Source: an uncultured Gemmataceae bacterium
Lineage (GTDB): Bacteria > Planctomycetota > Planctomycetia > Gemmatales > Gemmataceae
Length of the DNA: 64,000 nucleotides
Assembly: GCA_963750165.1 (NCBI GenBank)
Contig: CAVVPN010000003.1
Location: 1,088,001-1,152,000, forward strand
Reading direction: 5' to 3'
Shown here: one piece after another, positions 1 through 9,728 of the stretch
How positions within the stretch are numbered: the first letter of the stretch is position 1
Layout of the letters: the number at the start of each line of letters is the position of its first letter
Position numbers and translations under genes: made by a program
The notes under the pieces: generated by a model
Database searches by the model: none
What the model saw: the letters and a program-made list of their open reading frames with translations, nothing else
What the model was told of the DNA's origin: nothing

Positions 1-65
1 ACGGCCAGCACCACCACCAACTCGACCACGGTGAACGCACGGCGTCTCCGACGTGAGGGTTGCAT
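1..65 (-). CDS. Prepilin-type N-terminal cleavage/methylation protein (DUF1559-type), N-terminus only; runs off the window edge
   Basis: Reverse complement reads MQPSRRRRRAFTVVELVVVLA, a class III signal (AFTxxEL + hydrophobic stretch). Confidence 0.8.
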   Translation of the reverse strand, partial: MQPSRRRRRAFTVVELVVVLA

Positions 66-265
66 GCCTGCTCCTTTCGCAAGACGGGACGGGCGAAACC
101 CGCTGACACGCTAACACAGCGGTGCCGCCGTGGCAACAGGGTAACCGAGAACGAAGGCGCCGGGAGCGTCAGCAAGTGCTTGGCACGCCGGACTGGCCCT
201 CCTATACTGACGAAAACGCCGCGCCCACCTGCCCCTTACCGCTGCCCTCTGCCCCCGAGGCACCC

Positions 266-1591
266 ATGAACCCGCGCTGTCCGCTCCCTCTCGCCTGTCT
301 GCTCCTGGCCGGCGGCCTGCTCGCCCACGCCGACGACTGGCCGCAGTGGCGCGGCCCCAACCGCACCGATGTCTCAAAGGAAAAGGGCCTGCTGCAAACC
401 TGGCCCCAGAACGGCCCCAAACTGCTCTGGACCTTCAAGGACGCCGGCGTCGGCTTCAGCGGCCCCGCCATCGTTGGCGACCGCCTCTACACGATGGGCG
501 CTCGCGGCGAGGAGGAATACGTCCTGGCCCTGGATGTCCGCAAGGGCACCGAGGTGTGGGCCGCGAAGGTCGGGCCGATCTTCACCTACATGGGCAACTC
601 CTACGGCGACGGCCCGCGCTCCACGCCGACGGTGGCCGGTGACCGCCTTTACGCCCTCGGCGGCCAGGGCATTTTGGTCTGCGTCGATATGAAGGGCGGC
701 AAGGAACTGTGGCGCGTCGATCTGGTCAAGGATTACGGCGGCCAGGTCATGGAGCGGGGCGTGGGACCGTGGGGCTACACCGAGTCGCCGCTGGTCGATG
801 GCGATCACGTCGTCTGCACGCCGGGCGGTCGGGGCGGCGTCATGATGGCCTTCAACAAGAAGGACGGCAAGCCGGTCTGGCGCAGCAAGGGCCTGCCGGG
901 CGAGGCGGCTTATAGCTCGATCATGCCCGCGGAGATCGGTGGTGTGCGGCAGTACGTGCAGCAGGTGTCGCAGGGTCTGGACGCTGGCACCGCCGGCATC
1001 GCCGCGAAGGACGGCAAGCTGCTCTGGTTCGTCAAGAACAAGACCTACTACGACACCTACGCCATCTGTCCAACGCCCATCGTTCAGGGCGATTTGGTGT
1101 ACGTCAGCGCGGGCTACCGGGCCGGCTGCAACCTCTACAAGATCACGAAGCAGGGCGACACCTTCAAGGCCGTGGAGCAGTACGACGGCCCGGCCCGCAA
1201 GCTGATGGTCAACGACCACGGCGGCGTCGTGCTGGTGGGCGGTTACGTCTACGGCTACTCCGATGGCAAGGGCTGGGTTTGTCAGGAGTTCGCCACTGGC
1301 AAGGAAATGTGGGCCGACAAGCGCAAGCTGGAGGGCAAGGGCTCGCTGACTTACGCGGACCAGCGGCTGTACCTGTACAACGACGAGGGCGAAGCGGTGC
1401 TGCTGGACGCGTCGCCAAAGGGTTGGAAGGAGCGCGGCCGCTTCAAGATCCCCGAGGAGGCGCCGAGCCGCGAGAAACGCCCCACCAGCCGCCAGGCCGG
1501 CGTCTGGACGCATCCGGTGGTCGCCAACGGCCGGCTGTATTTGCGCGACCAGGAGTTGCTTTTCTGCTTCGACGTGAAGGCGGCGAAGTGA
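266..1591 (+). CDS. Secreted PQQ-like/BamB-like beta-propeller protein
   Basis: Signal peptide, DWPQWRGP N-terminal motif, repeated (S)xPxxxG...D..G...W blades, C-terminal HPVVANGRLYLRD. Confidence 0.9.
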   Translation: MNPRCPLPLACLLLAGGLLAHADDWPQWRGPNRTDVSKEKGLLQTWPQNGPKLLWTFKDAGVGFSGPAIVGDRLYTMGARGEEEYVLALDVRKGTEVWAAKVGPIFTYMGNSYGDGPRSTPTVAGDRLYALGGQGILVCVDMKGGKELWRVDLVKDYGGQVMERGVGPWGYTESPLVDGDHVVCTPGGRGGVMMAFNKKDGKPVWRSKGLPGEAAYSSIMPAEIGGVRQYVQQVSQGLDAGTAGIAAKDGKLLWFVKNKTYYDTYAICPTPIVQGDLVYVSAGYRAGCNLYKITKQGDTFKAVEQYDGPARKLMVNDHGGVVLVGGYVYGYSDGKGWVCQEFATGKEMWADKRKLEGKGSLTYADQRLYLYNDEGEAVLLDASPKGWKERGRFKIPEEAPSREKRPTSRQAGVWTHPVVANGRLYLRDQELLFCFDVKAAK

Positions 1592-1640
1592 CGCGGGGTT
1601 TCTTTTCTGCCGCTTGCGGCAGATAGCCGGAACAGACGCC

Positions 1641-2946
1641 ATGCAAGAGGACTCCGACTTCCTCGACCGCCCCGACCTGGAGCGCCTACAGTGGGCGCGG
1701 CTCGAGCGCCCTGCTCGCCGAGGTGCTGCCGCGCAACCGCTTCTACGCCGCCAAATACGCCGCCGCCGGTGTCGAGGTCGCGGGCCTGCGCGGCCTGGAC
1801 GACGTGCGCCGGCTGCCGTTCACCACCAAGGCCGAGCTGATCGCCGACCAGCTGGCCCACCCGCCCTACGGCACCAACCTGACCTATCCGCTGACGCACT
1901 ATTCACGGCTGCACCAGACCTCCGGCACCAGCGGCCAGCCGCTGCGCTGGCTCGACACCCGCGATAGCTGGCAGTGGATGCTCGGTTGCTGGACGCACAA
2001 GTTCCGCATCACCAAGGTCAACGAACACGACCGCTTGTTCTTCCCGTTCTCGTTCGGCCCGTTCCTCGGCTTCTGGACCGCCTTCGAGGCGGCGGCGCAG
2101 CGCGGCCATCTGTGCCTGGCCGGCGGCGGCATGACCAGCCAGGCCCGCCTCCGCTTCCTGCTCGACAACCGCGCCACCGTCGTGCTCTGCACTCCCACCT
2201 ACGCCCTGCGCCTCGCGGAAGTCGCCGACCAGCAGGGCATCCGCCTGCATCCCGACACGCCCGGCTACGCGGTGCGTATGCTGATCGTGGCCGGCGAACC
2301 CGGCGGCAGCATCCCCGCGACGCGGGCGCGCATCGAAGAAGCGTGGTCCGCCCGGCTCTACGACCACAGCGGTATGACCGAAACTGGCCCAATGACGGCG
2401 GAGTGTCCGCCCAACCCCGGTGGCCTGCACGTGCTGGAGATGGAGTATCTCACCGAGGTCATCGACCCGCGCACGGGCCAGCCGGTGCCGGCGGGCGAGC
2501 CGGGCGAACTGGTGGTGACGAACTTCGGCCGCACGGGCAGTCCGCTGATACGATACCGGACGGGTGATCTGGTGCGTGTTGATCCGCGGCCGTGCCCGTG
2601 CGGCCGGACACTGCGGCGGCTCGACGGCGGCATCCTCGGCCGCACCGACGACATGCTGCACCTGCGCGGCAACAACGTCTATCCGGCGGCGCTGGAGGGC
2701 CTGATCCGCCGATTCCGTGAGGTTGCCGAATACCGGGTCCACGTGGAGCAGTCTAGTGCCATGACGGCCCTGCGCATCGAGATCGAGCCCGCCAACGGCA
2801 CGCCCGGCCCGGAACTGGCCGAGCGCGTGACCGCGATGATCCGTGAGGAACTGCTGTTCCGCGCTGACGTGACCGCCGTGCCGCCCGGCAGCCTGCCGCG
2901 CTTCGAGATGAAGGCGTCGCGGCTGGTGCGGCGGGTCATAGGATAA
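1641..2946 (+). CDS. Phenylacetate-CoA ligase (PaaK)-like ANL adenylating enzyme; frameshift near 1705
   Basis: LPFTTKAEL, QTSGTSGQP (A3), SGMTE (A5), RYRTGD (A7), GRTDD (A8); N-terminus MQEDSDFLDRPDLERLQ (ATG 1641) lies in another frame than ORF 1723-2946. Confidence 0.85.
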
Positions 2947-3073
2947 GGCGAGCGGGGTCGCGTCAGCGCCCCGTGGAGCCTGTGTCCCACGGGGCGCTGA
3001 CGCGACCCCGCTCAGACACGGGCGCTGACGCAACCCCGCGCTGACACGGGGCGCTGACGCGACCCCGCTCGCC
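2947..3073. repeat. REP-like palindrome (GAGCGGGGTCGCGTCAGCGCCCCGTG family) with two extra right-arm copies
   Basis: Inverted arms about 2950-2976 / 2987-3013, then two tandem arm copies; same family at 49196-49252. Confidence 0.9.
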
Positions 3074-3098
3074 GCCACACCGCAGAAGGAGACCGCAC

Positions 3099-5372
3099 AT
3101 GCGTCGCTTCCGAATCCTGCCCGTCCTGGGTGGGCTGGCCGTGCTGCTGCTGGCCCCCCTGGTCCACGCCAGCGACTGGTACAACTGGCGCGGCCCGCTG
3201 GCGACCGGTTGGTCCCCCGAGCGCGACCTGCCCGCGCAGTTCGACATCAAGAAGCCCGGCGCCAACAACCTCGTCTGGAAGGCGCCCTACGGCGGTCGCT
3301 CCACGCCGCTGGTGCTGGGCGGCCGCGTCTACGTCAACAACAGCGCCGGCGAGGAAAGCACCGAGCAGGAGCGCGTCATGTGCTTCGACGCGAAGACCGG
3401 CAAGGTACTCTGGGAGCACAGGTTCAACGTCTGGCTCACCGACATCGTGAGTGTCCGCCTCGGCTGGACCAATTTGGCCGCCGATCCGAAGACGGGCAAC
3501 GTCTACTGGCACGGCACCCAGGGCCTGTTCGTCTGCTTCGACAGGGACGGCAAGATTCTCTGGCAGCGGTCGCTGACGGAGGAGTTCGGCCGCATCTCCG
3601 GCTACGGTGGCCGCGTCGCCGGCCCGACCGTCGATGAGGATCTGGTGATCCTCGGCATGGTCCACTCCGCCTGGGGCGATTTTGGCAAGGGCGGCAACCG
3701 CTGGCTGGCCATAAACAAGTACAACGGCAGCATCGTCTGGTGGTCCGACCCCGCCGGCAAGCCGCGCGACACCTATTACTCGACGCCGGTGGTCGCTGTC
3801 ATCGACGGCGTGCGGCTGCTCATCAGTGGCAGCGCCGACGGCTCGGTGTACGCGCTGAAGGTGCGCACCGGCGAACCGGTGTGGAGCCACTACTTTTCTG
3901 CCGGCGCCGTCAACGTCTCACCGGTGCTGGACGGCAAGTACGTCTACATCGCCCAGGGCGACGAGAACCCCGACAACAACCTCCAGGGCCGGGTCATCTG
4001 CCTGGACGCCAGCGTCGTCCGGGACGGCAAGCCGAAGCTGGTCTGGCAGGTCGATGGCCTGGGCGTGAAGTACTGTAGCCCGATCATCCACGCCGGCCGG
4101 CTCTACCTCTGCGACGACACGGCCCAGATGTACTGCCTGGACGCGAAAACAGGCGAAAAACTCTGGGACTTCCGCTATGGTCGCAACGCCAAGGGCTCGC
4201 CGGTGCTGGCAGACGGCAAGATTTACGTCGCCGACGTGAACGCCAAGTTCCACATTCTGGAGCCCGGCGACAAGAGCTGCAAGCGGCTGCACGAGCAGCT
4301 GTTCCTGAACCCCAATGGCCTGGACGTGGAGCTGAACGGCAGCCCCGGCGTCGCCAACGGCCGCGTCTTCTTCCTGACCAGCGACGAGCTGTACTGCATC
4401 GGCAAGCCGAATTGGAACGCCGCCCCGGACAAACTGCCGCCGGTGCCCGTGGAGAAGCGCGACCCCGAGAAGAAGGCGACGCACTTGCAGGTCATCCCCG
4501 CGGACGTGGTGCTGCACCCCGGCGACAGCATCGCGTTCAAGGCGCGGACCTTCGACAAGTACGGCCAGCTGATCGGCGAGACGAAGGCCGAATGGTCGCT
4601 GCCGACGCCGCCGCTGCCGCCCAAGGCCAAGACGCCGCCGCCGCCGCTGAAGGGCACCCTTGAGGGGGGCAAGCTGACCGTCAGCAAGGACCTGCCGGCG
4701 CAGCAGGGCTATGTGCTGGCCAAGGCGGACGGGCTGACGGCGAAGGCGCGGGTGCGCGTGGCGCCGCAGCTGCCGTACACACAGGACTTCGAGAAGGTGC
4801 CGGTCGGGGCGGTGCCGGCCGGCTGGGTGAATACGCAGGGCAAGTTCCTGGTCAAGCAGTTGCCGAACGGCAACAAGGTGCTGGGCAAGAACAACACCAA
4901 CCCCAGCCCGCTGGTGGCCAAGGCCAACGCCTTCATCGGCCTGCCGGACTACACCAACTACACCATTGAGGCGGACGTGCTCGGCACCAAGGTGAACGAC
5001 GCTCTGCCGGACATGGGCGTCGTTAACTGCCGCTACACGCTCTGGCTGACCGGGCCGACACAGAGCCTGCGGCTGACCTCGTGGGACGCCATCCCGCGCG
5101 TGGACGAGACCATCGGCTTTGCCTGGCAGGCAGACACGTGGTATCGCTTCAAATTGAAGGTGACGATGGAGAACGGCAAGGCGGTGGCGCGCGGCAAGGT
5201 GTGGCCGCGTGACGAAAAGGAGCCGGCGAAGTGGACCGTGGAGGTGACCGACGCGACGCCCAACACCGAGGGCGCCCCGGCATTGTACGCTTACGTGAGG
5301 GGCTTCCAGGGCAACAACCCCGGCAACGACGTGCAGTTCGACAATGTGCGTGTGACGCCCAACAAGAAATAG
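3099..5372 (+). CDS. Secreted PQQ-like beta-propeller protein with C-terminal Ig-like and concanavalin/LamG-like extension
   Basis: AGGAG RBS, signal peptide, SDWYNWRGP, propeller repeats, about 300 aa beta-rich C-terminus ending FDNVRVTPN. Confidence 0.85.
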   Translation: MRRFRILPVLGGLAVLLLAPLVHASDWYNWRGPLATGWSPERDLPAQFDIKKPGANNLVWKAPYGGRSTPLVLGGRVYVNNSAGEESTEQERVMCFDAKTGKVLWEHRFNVWLTDIVSVRLGWTNLAADPKTGNVYWHGTQGLFVCFDRDGKILWQRSLTEEFGRISGYGGRVAGPTVDEDLVILGMVHSAWGDFGKGGNRWLAINKYNGSIVWWSDPAGKPRDTYYSTPVVAVIDGVRLLISGSADGSVYALKVRTGEPVWSHYFSAGAVNVSPVLDGKYVYIAQGDENPDNNLQGRVICLDASVVRDGKPKLVWQVDGLGVKYCSPIIHAGRLYLCDDTAQMYCLDAKTGEKLWDFRYGRNAKGSPVLADGKIYVADVNAKFHILEPGDKSCKRLHEQLFLNPNGLDVELNGSPGVANGRVFFLTSDELYCIGKPNWNAAPDKLPPVPVEKRDPEKKATHLQVIPADVVLHPGDSIAFKARTFDKYGQLIGETKAEWSLPTPPLPPKAKTPPPPLKGTLEGGKLTVSKDLPAQQGYVLAKADGLTAKARVRVAPQLPYTQDFEKVPVGAVPAGWVNTQGKFLVKQLPNGNKVLGKNNTNPSPLVAKANAFIGLPDYTNYTIEADVLGTKVNDALPDMGVVNCRYTLWLTGPTQSLRLTSWDAIPRVDETIGFAWQADTWYRFKLKVTMENGKAVARGKVWPRDEKEPAKWTVEVTDATPNTEGAPALYAYVRGFQGNNPGNDVQFDNVRVTPNKK

Positions 5373-5486
5373 TCATTAGTCATTAGTCATTAGTCATTAG
5401 TCATTAGTTCACAAGTTCCAGCCACTAACTGCAACTCTATGAACTAATGACTAATGACTAATGACTAATGACTAATGACTAATGAC
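5370..5486. repeat. Inverted heptamer tandem arrays (TAGTCAT)x5 ... (ACTAATG)x6
   Basis: Read directly; the first unit contains the TAG stop of the upstream gene. Confidence 0.95.
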
Positions 5487-5496
5487 GAGGTGCCAA

Positions 5497-7143
5497 ATGA
5501 AAGAATATCCCAGTCTGCGCCGCTGGGCCGCCGTGCTGGCGACCACGGTCGTGTTCACCAGCCTCGTACTCGTGGCCGCGTGGTCGCAGAACGGCGGCAA
5601 GCAGGCGCCGCCCAAAGCCGCCGGCGACAAGCAGCACCCCTGGCCGTTGTTCGGCGGCCACCTCAGCCGCAACATGGTCAACGTCATCGACCGCAACGTG
5701 CCGGTCAAGCTGGATCTCAAGGAAGGCGGCAATGTGCTCTGGTCCGCGGACCTCGGCTCCAAATCATACGGCGGCCCCGTCGTCGCCGACGGCAAGGTGT
5801 TCGTCGGCACCAATAACGAGAAGCCGCGCGACCCCAAGGATTTTGTCTTCAACCCCAAGACCGGCAAGCAGGAGCCGATCGACAAGGGCGTGCTGATGTG
5901 CTTCGACGAGAAGACCGGCAAGTTCCTGTGGCAGCACGCCTACCCGAAACTGCCCATCGGCCGCGTCCAGGACTGGCCGCGTGAGGGCATCTGCTCCACC
6001 CCCGTCGTCGAGGGCAAGGAACTCTGGTACGTCAGCAACCACTGTGAGGTCGTCCACAGCACCACCGACGGCAAGATCATTAACAAGCTGGACATGATCG
6101 CCAAACTGGGTGTCTTCCCGCACAACCTGGCGGTCTGCTCGCCGCTGATTGTCGGCGACCTGCTGTTCGTGGTCACCGCCAACGGCGTCGATGAGGGCCA
6201 CATCAACGTCCCGGCGCCGAAGGCGCCCAGCTTCATCGTGCTGGACAAGAAGACGCTGGAGCTGAAGTGGAAGAACAACGACCCGACCGCGGCGCTGGTC
6301 AACCCCAAGGGGGCGGTGTCCATCAAGAAGTTGGTGAACGCCGGTCAGTTGCTCATGCACGGGCAGTGGTCGAACCCGGTGTATGCGGTGGCCAACGGCA
6401 AGCCGCAGGTCATCTTCCCCGGCGGCGACGGCTGGGTGCGCGCCTTCGACCCGGCCACGGGCAATCTGATCTGGAAGTTCGATTGCAACCCGAAAAAGTC
6501 CGTCTACATCCTGAGCGGCCGCGGCACGCGCAGCGACTTCATTGCGACGCCGGTGGTCCACGAGAACCGGTTGTACATCGGCGTCGGCCAGGACCCCGAG
6601 CACGACGAGGGCATCGGTCACTTCTGGTGCATCGACATCACGAAGCAGGGCGATGTCTCGACCGGCACCATTATGAAGAACGGCAAGCCGGTGGAGGTGT
6701 TCGACACGAAGAACCCCGTCAACAAGAATTCGGCGCTGGTCTGGCACTACGGCGAGGACGAACTGAAGCCGGTGCCGGAGGCGTGGAAGCAGGGCCGCAA
6801 TTATGTCTTCGGCCGCACCATGAGCACGGCCGCGGTGCAGGACGGTTTGGTGTACATCGCGGAGCTGGCCGGCTACCTGCACTGCCTGGACGCCAAAACG
6901 GGCGCGCAGTTGTGGACGCACAAGACCGGGGCGCCGATCTGGAGTTCGCCGTACTGGGTGGACGGCAAGGTGTACCTGGGCAACGACGACCGCCGCCTGT
7001 TCGTGTTCGAGCACGGGCGGCAGAAGAAATTGCTGACCGTGAACAGCTTCCCCGATAAGGGCGGCAAGGTGCGGGCGACGCCGGTGGTCGCCAACAATGT
7101 GCTGTTTGTGATGACCGAGAACAAACTGTATGCGGTCAAGTGA
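5497..7143 (+). CDS. Secreted PQQ-like beta-propeller protein
   Basis: GAGG RBS, signal/TM, WPLFGG, GSKSYGGPVV, GICSTP, HGQWSNP, WSSPY, ATPVVANNVLFV. Confidence 0.9.
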   Translation: MKEYPSLRRWAAVLATTVVFTSLVLVAAWSQNGGKQAPPKAAGDKQHPWPLFGGHLSRNMVNVIDRNVPVKLDLKEGGNVLWSADLGSKSYGGPVVADGKVFVGTNNEKPRDPKDFVFNPKTGKQEPIDKGVLMCFDEKTGKFLWQHAYPKLPIGRVQDWPREGICSTPVVEGKELWYVSNHCEVVHSTTDGKIINKLDMIAKLGVFPHNLAVCSPLIVGDLLFVVTANGVDEGHINVPAPKAPSFIVLDKKTLELKWKNNDPTAALVNPKGAVSIKKLVNAGQLLMHGQWSNPVYAVANGKPQVIFPGGDGWVRAFDPATGNLIWKFDCNPKKSVYILSGRGTRSDFIATPVVHENRLYIGVGQDPEHDEGIGHFWCIDITKQGDVSTGTIMKNGKPVEVFDTKNPVNKNSALVWHYGEDELKPVPEAWKQGRNYVFGRTMSTAAVQDGLVYIAELAGYLHCLDAKTGAQLWTHKTGAPIWSSPYWVDGKVYLGNDDRRLFVFEHGRQKKLLTVNSFPDKGGKVRATPVVANNVLFVMTENKLYAVK

Positions 7144-7160
7144 GGCTGATTTGCCGCTTC

Positions 7161-7409
7161 GTGGGGCAGACATTCCTGTGCCATCTTTGCAAGGTCGGCA
7201 GACAGGAATGTCTGCCCCACGAAGGAAGGCCCCGCTAGAGCGGTTCGCAGTTGGGTGTAGCGGAAGTCGCCAGACTTCCGTCCGGTGCTGCTCGGAAGTC
7301 TGGCGACTTCCGCTACACCCCTTCGCAATCTGCAATAATACCAAATCGCCTTGCATCTTCTTGAGCCCGAAGCGCCAGCGTGGGGCCCTCGCTGGCGCTT
7401 CGGGCTCAG
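7161..7409. repeat. Stack of three different palindromic REP-like elements
   Basis: GTGGGGCAGACATTCCTGT..ACAGGAATGTCTGCCCCAC (7161-7220); GGGTGTAGCGGAAGTCGCCAGACTTCCG..inverse (7253-7320); GAGCCCGAAGCGCCAGCG..inverse (7362-7409). Confidence 0.9.
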
Positions 7410-7450
7410 AAAACAAGAACCGCCAGGGCGATTCCGTATAAGGAGTATAC

Positions 7451-8929
7451 ATGACGGCCATTCGATACCTCCGCCCCCTCGCTCTGCTGTCCGCGGTCGC
7501 GCTCGGGGTGATGCTGGTCGCCGCGGCGCTGACCGCCGCCCAGAACGGCCCGCCGCGCGTGCGCGCCGACCTGAGCCGCAACTCCGTCAACCTGACCGAC
7601 AAGAACCCGCCGCTGGCGTGGAACGTCGAGGAAGGCAAGCAGAAGAACATCAAGTGGGTGCAAACGACCGGCGGCAAGGGCTACTGCGCCCCGGTGGTGG
7701 CTGGCGGCCGCGTCTTCGTCAGCACCGCGAACAACCGGCCGCGCGACCCCAAGGTCAAGGGCAAGCGCGCCGTGCTGATGTGCTTCGCCGAGCAGGACGG
7801 CAAGTTCCTGTGGCAGAACGTCCACGCCATGGCCCCGCCAGAGGTGGATCAGCAGGGCGAGACCGAGGGCCTGTGCTCCACGCCGAGCGCGGACGGCGAC
7901 CGTGTCTATTACATCACGCCCGGCTGCATCGTGGTCTGCGCCGACGTGGCGACCGGCAAAATCGCCTGGACATATGACCTGATGAAGCAGCTGAAGGTGT
8001 ATCCGTGCATCACCAACAGCTGCCGGCCGCTGATCGTCGGCGACCTGGTGTACGTGGTCACCGGCAACGGCACCGGCAACATGGAGAAGGTGGCCGAGCC
8101 CAAGGCGCCGAGCTTCGTGGCGCTGGACAAAAAGGCGGGCACCCTGAAGTGGCAGAGTGCGCTGCCGGGCGAAAAAATTATTTACGGCCAGTGGGGCAGT
8201 CCGGCCTACGCGGAGGTGGACGGCAAGGGCCAGGTGCTCTTCCCGGGCGGCGACGGCGTGCTCTACAGCCTGGAGCCGCTGACCGGGGAACTGATCTGGA
8301 AGTTCCGCTGCATTCCCGTCAAGGGCGACAAGAAGGAGCAGAAAAAACCCAATTACCTGGTGGCGACGCCAACGGTCCAGGGTCAGCGCGTCTACATCGG
8401 CGTCGGCTACGGCCCGGACACGCCGGTCGGCAACCCCATCGGCCATCTGTGGTGCATCGACATCACCAAAAAGGGCGACGTGTCACCGAAGAACGACAAC
8501 TTCGATCCGAAGGCGCCCGAGAACAAGGATTCCGCCCTGGTCTGGCACTACGGCGGCACGCTGGCGAAGAAGGACGAGCTGGAACGCACCATTCAGTTCG
8601 GCCCGACGATCTCCAGTTGTGCGGTGCAGGACGGCCTGTTGTACGCCATCGAGGACCAGGGTTTCCTGCACTGCCTGGACGCGCAGACAGGCAAGCGGCA
8701 GTGGGTTTATGATTTATCGGCGGGCTCGTTCAGCGCGCCGTACTGGGTGGCCGGCAAGGTCTACGCCGCCGCGGACGACGGCTCGGTGCGAATCTTCGCC
8801 CACGGCCGCAAGATGAACCTGCTGGCCACGGCGGACATGGACACGCGCATGGAGAGCACGCCGGTGGTCGTCAACAACGTGCTGTACGTTGCGACCACGA
8901 GCAAACTATACGCGATCGGGGCGAAGTGA
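7451..8929 (+). CDS. Secreted PQQ-like beta-propeller protein, close paralog of 5497-7143
   Basis: AAGGAG RBS; shares GLCSTP, PKAPSF, GQWxxP, FPGGDG, GHxWCIDITKxGDVS, SALVWHYG with the upstream gene. Confidence 0.9.
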   Translation: MTAIRYLRPLALLSAVALGVMLVAAALTAAQNGPPRVRADLSRNSVNLTDKNPPLAWNVEEGKQKNIKWVQTTGGKGYCAPVVAGGRVFVSTANNRPRDPKVKGKRAVLMCFAEQDGKFLWQNVHAMAPPEVDQQGETEGLCSTPSADGDRVYYITPGCIVVCADVATGKIAWTYDLMKQLKVYPCITNSCRPLIVGDLVYVVTGNGTGNMEKVAEPKAPSFVALDKKAGTLKWQSALPGEKIIYGQWGSPAYAEVDGKGQVLFPGGDGVLYSLEPLTGELIWKFRCIPVKGDKKEQKKPNYLVATPTVQGQRVYIGVGYGPDTPVGNPIGHLWCIDITKKGDVSPKNDNFDPKAPENKDSALVWHYGGTLAKKDELERTIQFGPTISSCAVQDGLLYAIEDQGFLHCLDAQTGKRQWVYDLSAGSFSAPYWVAGKVYAAADDGSVRIFAHGRKMNLLATADMDTRMESTPVVVNNVLYVATTSKLYAIGAK

Positions 8930-9728
8930 TGCCGACGCTGGCGAAGGACCTCTGGAGCCTGGTGCAAGGCAGCCCGCTGATTGATGCGGGCGACCTGGCG
9001 CTGCGCTCCAGGAGCAGGTCGCGAGCGGGGACCTGGATTACCGAACCCGGTGGTTGATTCACGACAGCCTGGAGGCACTGCGCGGTTATCGGGGAGAAGC
9101 GTGGCTGGAAAAATGGCTGACCGGTTGTCCCGTGCGTGGGCAACTGGAGGAGGTGTTGCAGGAGCAGTTTGAACGTGTCGGATTCCCGTCGCTCCAGAGA
9201 CGACTCATGGACAGCACTGAGCCCAGGGACATTCTGCAACTGTTTCGCGACCTGGGTACGGAACTGCGGCACACCACGCGGCTCTTCGTTGGCGGTTCCG
9301 TCGCGCTCATTCTCAGCGATTACCTCAAACGCAAGACGGAAGACATCGACATTGTGGACGAGGTGCCCCAGGAGATTCGCACCGATTACCAGCTCAAGGA
9401 CCGTCTGGAAAAAGTGTACGGCCTGCGGCTCACCCATTTTCAGTCGCACTACCTGCCCAGTGGCTGGCAGCAGCGTGTCCACTCCCTGGAGCCGTTCGGC
9501 CGGTTGCAGATTTTCCTCGTGGACGTGTATGATGTCTTTTTGAGCAAGTTGTTCAGCAAGCGCGACAAGGATCTGATGGACCTGCGCGTCCTGGAGCCCC
9601 AGCTGGACAAAGAAACGCTCACGCGCCGGCTGCGCGACACGACCGGCTCCTGGCTGAAGGATCCAAACCTGGTGCAACACGCCCAGAAAAACTGGTACAT
9701 TTTATTCGGAGAAGCGCTTCCCACATGA
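8929..9728 (+). CDS. DUF6036-like nucleotidyltransferase; frameshift near 9000
   Basis: VGGSVA...RKTEDIDIV (Pol-beta-type G[S]/DxD), SKL...RDKDLMDL; start MPTLAKDLWSL overlaps the upstream stop (TGATG). Confidence 0.7.
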
